Source of the DNA: a bacterium
GTDB lineage: Bacteria; SZUA-182; DTGQ01; JAFGSM01
Assembly: GCA_049472335.1 (NCBI GenBank)
Contig: JBLIRO010000118.1
Location: 1-12,074 of the forward strand
DNA: 12,074 nt
Direction of reading: 5' to 3'
Position numbers and translations under genes: made by a program. Positions 1-6,570 of this stretch are shown piece after piece. Below the pieces are notes generated by a model that saw nothing but the letters and a program-made list of their open reading frames with translations, had not been told where the DNA came from and ran no database searches. The first letter of the stretch is position 1, and each line of letters begins with the position of its first letter.

Positions 1-110
1 ACTGCCGTACATTCCATAGCCGCCAAGTCCATAACTGCCATACATTCCATAGCCGCCAAGTCCATAACTGCCATACATTCCATAGCCGCCAAGTCCATAA
101 CTGCCATACA
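1..110. repeat. 33-bp coding tandem repeat, three copies (1-33, 34-66, 67-99) plus a partial copy; encodes YGLGGYGMYGS
   Basis: Unit actgccatacattccatagccgccaagtccata; first copy differs by one synonymous base. Confidence 0.95.
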
Positions 111-240
111 GTCCGCCGAGGCCATACGTTCCATAGCTGCCATAAAGGCCGCCATAATAGGCATTTGCCTGGTTGGTAACACAAAGGCACAACGTAATAA
201 CGAGCACTAAAATCAAGCATGCAAACATATTCTTTTTCAT
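1..240 (-). CDS. Secreted Gly/Tyr-rich tandem-repeat protein, 3'-truncated by window edge (MKKNMFACLILVLVITLCLCVTNQANA-YYGGLYGSYGTYGLGGLYGSYGLGGYGM...)
   Basis: Manual translation: ATG at 240, AAGGAGG RBS 9 nt upstream, open frame to position 1; basic N-terminus, hydrophobic core and A-N-A signal peptidase I site. Absent from ORF track (no stop inside window). Confidence 0.9.
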   Translation of the reverse strand, partial: MKKNMFACLILVLVITLCLCVTNQANAYYGGLYGSYGTYGLGGLYGSYGLGGYGMYGSYGLGGYGMYGSYGLGGYGMYGS

Positions 241-437
241 TTACATGAACCTCCTTGAGCATTTCCACAAGAAAATCTTGATGAAAATATCTTTGATTAA
301 TAAAAGAAAACGAAACTTAACATGAATTGCTAATTTTTTCCTCACCCCCTTTCATGTATCTCATTGAAAATAATGAATTTTGTATTTTTCCAGGAAGGAA
401 AAGTTGTGTAATGAAATGGTAATATTATATATCACTA

Positions 438-446
438 ATTATACCA
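438..446 (-). promoter_or_regulatory. Candidate extended -10 promoter (TGGTATAAT) for the Gly/Tyr protein gene
   Basis: Matches TGnTATAAT about 200 nt upstream of the ATG; no good -35; AT-rich background makes chance matches likely. Confidence 0.3.
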
Positions 447-930
447 TTATTTTAAAATCTTGCATGAGTTATTTCCTAAAATCTATATCCTGACATATAA
501 AAAAAATATTTCAAGTAAATGAAGCTCAATAGGGAACAAAGATATAAATAATGAAAAGAAAAAAGGGGGGTCAATCTGTTTTTCTCTTCTATAGATATAT
601 TAGCTTGTCTTTATTAGGACATTTTTTAAATTTCCTGCCATATTCCGCAATTGCGTTTAAAATTGTAGCCTTTATATTAACATATTTTAAGACGGCTTTA
701 AATAGGTTTTTTTTATGCTTTATTTTGATTAGCCGGTCATCCATCATTATAAATATAATATTAGTTTCTTTTAAGATATTATTTCTCTTATGAATAGTAA
801 AATTAATACTGTAAAAAAAGATAAATGCAGCAAAACTACTATTACCCAAAAGAATAAAAAAGCAAAAAAATAATAAAAAACAAAAAAGGTTTTGATATCA
901 TATAATAATGATTTTTGCCAAAAATGTGTT

Positions 931-946
931 TGGCATTGATTATGCT
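931..946 (+). promoter_or_regulatory. Candidate sigma54 -24/-12 promoter
   Basis: TGGCATTGATTATGCT: GG-N10-GC spacing; overlaps inverted repeat TGCCAAA-N6-TTTGGCA (916-935). Confidence 0.45.
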
Positions 947-1394
947 TATTTTATTAAATATATGAGATAACATCATGAAATAATTAATTTTTTCTGATTT
1001 GAAGAAGATTACAATTTCACTTTTTTGATTAATTCCAGCTAAAAGATAATGAACAATGTAATTATGTTTAATTTTTATTAAAAGAAGGAGATTATAGAAT
1101 TATTCATAGAATTGATTTTGCAGATTAATAGTGGGGTGAAATCGTTAGAAAAAAACTAATATGTTAGTAGAAATATAACAATATAATCATTTGATATTAT
1201 TAATGTATTAATAATTGTTAGAATAGAAATAACAAAAATGAGGTTTTAATCCAAGAAAAAATTGTTTGTGTGTATTATCGTAATACTTCATTCCATTTAA
1301 TTTCATTTCTATACATTTAAATTTTTCTAAACTAATTAAAAAATATTTATTATTTAAAAAAATAATCACATTTATTGAAATTTTGATCATTATT

Positions 1395-1410
1395 AGGCAC
1401 ATTTCATGCT
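1395..1410 (+). promoter_or_regulatory. Candidate sigma54 -24/-12 promoter
   Basis: AGGCACATTTCATGCT: GGCAC with GG-N10-GC spacing. Confidence 0.4.
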
Positions 1411-1620
1411 TTATATAATATATAAAAGATGAAAAAAATGAGATTTAAAAAACTAATGCATGAAAACACAATATATTCATAATCGAGTCTACAGTTGCGA
1501 ATTATCTTTATCTAATCTGAATATGAGATACAATAAAGAATTACGGTCCTGCTTTTCCCTTTGTTTTCTGATTCATTTTAGAACGAAATGAGCTTCTTTT
1601 GCATATAATACTACTTGTAA

Positions 1621-2064
1621 AAATTAGTTGCATATATCAACAAGGATCTGGAGATTCTTGGTTAGGAAAATAAGTTTAGAGATGATCTCTTCTGTCGAAT
1701 TAATGTAGTCAGGTTGGATCTCTCTCCGTTACGGGAGCGTCTGGAAGATGTCCCCCTTTTGATAGCGGGTATTATAGATAAGCTTAACAAACAGAATGAG
1801 AAAAAGGTGGATGGTATTACCGATGAGGCACTGATGTGTCTTCTTTCTTATTATTATCCAGGAAATATATAGGAATTGGAAAATGTTATCCATAAAATGG
1901 AAGCTGCTTTTTTAATGAATGTCCTGAAGCAAAACAATTGGAGCCGTGTTAAGACAGCTCACCAGCTTAAAATGCATAAAACAACACTTTTCAGAAAAAT
2001 AAAGTCCCTGGGAATAAAGATTCCGTCCTCCGGAAAGGAATCCGGTCCCGAATCTAAGGTTTAA
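1621..2064 (+). pseudogene. Remnant of an NtrC/Fis-family sigma54-dependent activator (C-terminal AAA+ part plus Fis HTH)
   Basis: One frame reads LVAYINKDLEILG*ENKFRDDLFCRINVVRLDLSPLRERLEDVPLL...YYYPGNI*ELENVIH...NNWSRVKTAHQLKMHKTTLFRKIK, matching ATNRDL, FREDLYYRLNV, PLRER, WPGNVRELEN and HTH motifs. In-frame TAG at 1663 and 1870; Walker A/GAFTGA region absent; linker before HTH missing. Confidence 0.9.
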
Positions 2065-2098
2065 ATCCAAAGGATGTTTTTCATAGGGGGAAATAAAA

Positions 2099-2410
2099 AT
2101 GATCATAGGGAAGATAAAAGAGAAGATTTTAAAGAAATCCAACTCTCATTTTCTTCTGCCTATTGAACAGGCAGGGCCTTATTATGGATATTTAGTATCA
2201 CGGTATTGCGATCGGGTAAATCCATTTAAAAGGCTTACCAATGAAACTGATTCGGATTTAAAGAAATCTTGTATGTCTTGCAGTGATTCACAAATAAAAC
2301 TTTCTATGAATCAATCCCATGTTTACAGATATCTCAGACAAAATGTTACCTACTTTAATGTGTCAAGAAACATTTCATATATAAATAATCTCAGGAAAAT
2401 GAAGTATTGA
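2099..2410 (+). CDS. Possible hypothetical protein or gene remnant, 103 aa
   Basis: AGGGGG SD-like run shortly upstream of ATG, directly after the activator remnant; no recognisable domain. Confidence 0.25.
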   Translation: MIIGKIKEKILKKSNSHFLLPIEQAGPYYGYLVSRYCDRVNPFKRLTNETDSDLKKSCMSCSDSQIKLSMNQSHVYRYLRQNVTYFNVSRNISYINNLRKMKY

Positions 2411-2506
2411 AGAATTTAAAAACCTATTATATTCCGTACATATTTCCTTGCAGTCAGCTTTTAATAGGTCATTGTTTATAATAAAGAATAAACAAAATTC
2501 ATCCCT

Positions 2507-2557
2507 AAAAAAGAAAACGGCGTAGAATTTACCATTAATATTTTCTACGCCGCTTTT
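2507..2557 (-). terminator. Rho-independent terminator, probably ending the cyclase-receptor-small protein transcript (possibly bidirectional)
   Basis: Perfect 10-bp stem CGGCGTAGAA (2518-2527) / TTCTACGCCG (2543-2552), 15-nt loop, followed on minus strand by TTTTCTTTTTT. Confidence 0.75.
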
Positions 2558-2697
2558 AGAATTATCATCATAATAACCCATGACCGTTTTTGTTTAGGTT
2601 AATTTGATTCAATGCTGCCTATTGTCTATAAATGTAATCCATTTCTTTTCCTTGTAACCAGTGGTAAACTGCAAAAAGGGTTATATGATATAAATAG

Positions 2698-2922
2698 TTA
2701 GCACCAACAATAGGTATCTCCTGATCCGGTTATAATACAACATGGGCTACAGCCTGGTTTAGATAGTATCGTGAGAGTAGTTACATTATCTATGGTACCA
2801 TTACTTGTCCAATCAATACCGACATGTTTCTTTATCGGCTTCAAGAGATTACCTCTCTTATCTAAAGGTTCAACACCCCTTACATTTCCTTGATCATCCA
2901 ATGTTAGTGTTATTTTATACAT
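2698..2922 (-). CDS. 74-aa protein with Cys-rich C-terminus (PGCSPCCIITGSGDTYCWC)
   Basis: Strong RBS AAAAAGGAGG 8 nt before ATG; co-oriented with the upstream receptor and followed by a terminator; no signal peptide. Confidence 0.85.
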   Translation of the reverse strand: MYKITLTLDDQGNVRGVEPLDKRGNLLKPIKKHVGIDWTSNGTIDNVTTLTILSKPGCSPCCIITGSGDTYCWC

Positions 2923-3074
2923 TTTGATTTCCTCCTTTTTAAATAATTACGCCTTAAATTAATAAACATTAAACCTGCTAAATTAAAATGCTTTTTAATT
3001 AATATTTCATTAATCACCCCCTTCCCTTGCAAACCTGATTTCTTATGGCTCCACCTCTAAATTCATTGTTTATT

Positions 3075-6000
3075 TTAAAAGCCAACTGTAAACCTGGCCA
3101 TAATCAAACGTTTAGGGTATACCAATGGATGGGTCAGATCAACATTCTGATAATTAAATTTTTGGTTGAATATATTTTTCCCTTCGATGCTAAGAAAACC
3201 TGATCGTTCGGGAAAGCGATACCTGAAAAAGGCATCAACAACCCAGAAATGATCCTCCCCTGATGTTATACCAGATTCCTTATTTCCAAAGTCACCTTTT
3301 TGATCAAAATATGTTATCTTCACCCGGGAACTTAATCCTGATGAATGAAAAAGATTTATTCCGAGCGGAAACCGATGCGTTTTAACATGAGACATCTCAA
3401 TAGTACGCGTGCAATTTGGATCCCTTATAAATTGTTCAAAATGATATTCTGTACTTATTGCCAGCCAATTAAAGGGTGTCCAGTAAAGATAAGAACGGCT
3501 CAATTTTTCATTTAGATCTACTTTGGTTAGATATGCATTATTTGTGCTAGAAATCATGATTATAGGTTCCTTCATGTCCCGTTCTGAAAATTCTGTGCCT
3601 AAAAACAGCTTCTTGGTGATTTTTTGATCAATAGCAATACCATATCGCCATGAGCTTGTCCCATTTCCGTCGTCATAAAATTGATTGAATCCAGCTACCT
3701 GAGTGGGCTCCAAGGTCTGATCAGCGATAAGCATTTTTTTTAGGACTCTGAATCCGGCCGCACGAAATGTAGTTCCGGAAAATGGATTCCATGTGATTCC
3801 CAGCTTTGGATTGAATTGAGACAGATCCATATATGGACCTTTTTTAAAAAAGTCTGTGCTCCCCCCAATAGTCCACGTGATTTTTGTGGAATAGTTTATC
3901 TTTGAATATATATATAGATTGGTATGTCGAGTCCCGGTTTCCTCATCTTCAGACATTATTATCATTGGGGGGTCTGGAACAGTTAAGCTTACTTTGTCTT
4001 TGCTGTCTAAGTTGAAATGACCTATTCCTGATGTAAGAATTAATCTTTCAGAAACAAATAAGTGCCGAATTTCATATAAGTTACCCTTATCCTCTTCTAT
4101 TGAATCAAATTTTACACCTTCAAAAAGACGGTCATTATAATTTGCCTTGAGGAATATAAAAGATCCTAAAACATTTGAATAAGGTGAAAATTTATGATTA
4201 AAACCAAACCGAATAGATCTTGTTCTCTCATCATGCCTTTCCGTAAGCCGAAATATATTCGGATTAAATCTTAATATAAGATCGCCTTTTTCTGTTCCTG
4301 TATAACGAAACTCAGTCTGAATAGTTGTATTATTAGAAACGCTTGTCTGAAGGAATGTATTAAAAATATTCTCTTTCAGATCATTATTTTCCCGGAATCC
4401 ATCCGTCTCATAATGAAATTGGCCTAAACTGTAAGATAACCGGTCCCTACTCATGGAATATACAAACTCATTTCCAAGAGTATTATCCCCCCCTGTAATA
4501 TAATTTTGTTGAAACGCATTTCGGTTTCGATGGAATAGATAATTGTATTCATTAAAGGAAGGATAAACCGGTCCCGCTCCTTCCTGAATATAAAGATTGC
4601 TTTCTGCAAGTTGCGGTTGTACGGGATTGATATTGATTGGCTGCAACAACTGAGATTGGAGAAGCTCACTGACCCTGGCTATTTCATGACGGGGAACAGA
4701 TGCATATAAATCGGCAAGAAATCTATGGGCTGAATGATTTCCAGGATCTGTATTAAGTGACTTCCATCCTTCCACAAAAGCCAGTTGTTGAAATCCAAGA
4801 TCTTCGTATATCCCGGCCAGACTTGCGCTTCTTGCCGCAAGGTCATCATCCAACAACAGGCGGGAGCGATAAATCGCACGATTTTCATTTAACCGGATGG
4901 ATGTGTGCAGGTCTTCCAGGGCCTCTACCGGACGGTTAAGGGTTTGTTTGCGAATTGCGTCATAGAAAAAGGGTGTAGGATCCAGCGGATCCAGCTCCTT
5001 TGCAACAGAAAACTGCTCCTTTGCCAGTTTGTCTCGATTCTCTTCAAAATAGGCTTTGCCCAGATAGCTTCGAATAAGCGAGTTGTTGGGTGACAGGGCA
5101 GCCGCTATCTCTATTTCGCTCCTGCCCTCTTTTAGTAGGCCCTCTCTTATCTTTGCCAATCCAAGACCAAGCCGTGGAAAAGGTGCTGCCTGGTCCAGGC
5201 CGATTGCAACTCTAAAGGCAATTCTGGCCTCATGGGTTTTAAGTTGCGCCAGATAGACAAATCCCAAAATGGTCTGTGTTAGTGATAACTTGGGATTTAA
5301 GGCCACAGACTCCTCTGCCGCCTCCAATGCCCGGTCCAGATTGCCAACGGATAACCATAACTCTACAAGTCTTGCCCATGCCAGTGCATTTTCCGGAGCC
5401 AGTCTCACTGCATCCTGAAGGTTTGATAACGCGCTTTGGAGGTCAAAATGGGCTTGATTAGCGTAAGATAGCGCTATCCTTGCGGTAGATGATTCAGGAT
5501 CAAGGACTACAGCATGGTGTGCCAGCTGAAGCGCCTCGTTCTTTTTATTCTGCACAACCGCGATTATGGATTGAAGAGCGAAGGTATGAGCATTTGACGG
5601 GTCCAGATCCAAAACCCAGTCGATATCGATTTTTGCTTCATCGACACGTCCTACTGTGAGTAGTAAAGCGGCCCGATAGATAAAAAAGCCAGGCTCCCCA
5701 ACGGGTTCAGATACCGATTCAAGACTGGCAAATGCTCCGGCCAGATCCCCCTGCCGGTAAAACTGCAAGGATGTACGCAGGGCCTTTTCCCAATCGGTAC
5801 CTGGTATTTCCATAAAATCCAAGACCTGATAATCTATTACAGGCGGATAATACATTGCCCACTGAACCGCATCCCTGGGGCGGACCAGAATACTAAGGTA
5901 AGGGGCCTTTTCCTGTTGTGCCAAAGCTGACTGACCACTTGTCAGCACAAGGCTTCCCACATTATTTGTGGCTGAAATCCGCCCTTCAAATACCGATAAA

Positions 6001-6458
6001 ACGGCCTGATCTTTCTCAACCCTTATAAAGAACTCTGTACCCTCCACACCCGCGTTTACAAAGGGAGTGTTTACTTTCAGGCTTCGGGGAATCCGGCTGA
6101 AGAAATAGGCCGCCCCGCTGAGCAGTTTGATCAATGCCTTTTTCTCTTTATCAATACCGGTGAAAGTAATGGTGGTCATCTGGTCGAGACGTATGACGGT
6201 CTCATTATACAAGATAAGCGCTGCCCGGCTTCTCTTCTGGACCCGAATCGTGTCGCCAGGATAAAATAGATCGTTAAGCTGAACAGGCTCCCAATCCTGT
6301 TTTCCTTCCCTTGATATCTGAACTATACCCTGCACTGATACCACCTTGGCGATCCATCCTTGATGAATATCTGAATAGCAGGAGTTTGGAAAGAAACACC
6401 CCGAAAGAAGGGTTATGAATGTGATTATGAAAAAGCAATAGAAATGTTTTTTTTGCAT
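3075..6458 (-). CDS. Outer-membrane receptor-like protein: signal peptide, FecR-like domain, TPR array, C-terminal beta-barrel (NsrA-like architecture)
   Basis: FecR-like motifs (GDTIRV, IRLDQMT, VNTPFVNAGVEGTEF, VFEGRI); repeated TPR turns (LDPSNA, LDPESS, LAPENA, LNPKLS, LSPNNS, LDPLDP); amphipathic beta strands ending ARFTVGF (terminal Phe). Start moved from GTG 6467 to ATG 6458 because that GTG lies within the SD AAAGGGGGTGG. Confidence 0.88.
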   Translation of the reverse strand: MQKKHFYCFFIITFITLLSGCFFPNSCYSDIHQGWIAKVVSVQGIVQISREGKQDWEPVQLNDLFYPGDTIRVQKRSRAALILYNETVIRLDQMTTITFTGIDKEKKALIKLLSGAAYFFSRIPRSLKVNTPFVNAGVEGTEFFIRVEKDQAVLSVFEGRISATNNVGSLVLTSGQSALAQQEKAPYLSILVRPRDAVQWAMYYPPVIDYQVLDFMEIPGTDWEKALRTSLQFYRQGDLAGAFASLESVSEPVGEPGFFIYRAALLLTVGRVDEAKIDIDWVLDLDPSNAHTFALQSIIAVVQNKKNEALQLAHHAVVLDPESSTARIALSYANQAHFDLQSALSNLQDAVRLAPENALAWARLVELWLSVGNLDRALEAAEESVALNPKLSLTQTILGFVYLAQLKTHEARIAFRVAIGLDQAAPFPRLGLGLAKIREGLLKEGRSEIEIAAALSPNNSLIRSYLGKAYFEENRDKLAKEQFSVAKELDPLDPTPFFYDAIRKQTLNRPVEALEDLHTSIRLNENRAIYRSRLLLDDDLAARSASLAGIYEDLGFQQLAFVEGWKSLNTDPGNHSAHRFLADLYASVPRHEIARVSELLQSQLLQPININPVQPQLAESNLYIQEGAGPVYPSFNEYNYLFHRNRNAFQQNYITGGDNTLGNEFVYSMSRDRLSYSLGQFHYETDGFRENNDLKENIFNTFLQTSVSNNTTIQTEFRYTGTEKGDLILRFNPNIFRLTERHDERTRSIRFGFNHKFSPYSNVLGSFIFLKANYNDRLFEGVKFDSIEEDKGNLYEIRHLFVSERLILTSGIGHFNLDSKDKVSLTVPDPPMIIMSEDEETGTRHTNLYIYSKINYSTKITWTIGGSTDFFKKGPYMDLSQFNPKLGITWNPFSGTTFRAAGFRVLKKMLIADQTLEPTQVAGFNQFYDDGNGTSSWRYGIAIDQKITKKLFLGTEFSERDMKEPIIMISSTNNAYLTKVDLNEKLSRSYLYWTPFNWLAISTEYHFEQFIRDPNCTRTIEMSHVKTHRFPLGINLFHSSGLSSRVKITYFDQKGDFGNKESGITSGEDHFWVVDAFFRYRFPERSGFLSIEGKNIFNQKFNYQNVDLTHPLVYPKRLIMARFTVGF

Positions 6459-6570
6459 CTCTGCCACCCCCTTTATAGAATTACCATTATAACTTTATAA
6501 TAACTCCCTATTTTATTTAATATTGAAAAAGGTCTTTAAAGTAGTGTATAGATATTTATGTATAAAGTCC

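Noticed and set aside
1..110. 33-bp repeats as a CRISPR array
   Set aside because: Head-to-tail with no spacers, length divisible by 3, inside a coding frame.
551..1402. ORFs 551-793, 589-849 and 1208-1402
   Set aside because: Ile/Phe/Lys/Asn-rich translations typical of AT-rich non-coding DNA; no convincing RBS or domain.
1663..1872. Amber (TAG) recoding, since both stops in the activator are TAG and the intact genes end in TAA
   Set aside because: The three long genes have no in-frame TAG, and the activator is also truncated and degenerate at other conserved positions.
1912..2581. Minus-strand ORFs 1912-2142 and 2375-2581
   Set aside because: One is antisense to the HTH remnant; the other spans the terminator hairpin.
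3075..6458. Classical TonB-dependent transporter
   Set aside because: No TonB box or plug domain recognised; FecR-TPR N-terminus fits an NsrA-type signalling receptor better.
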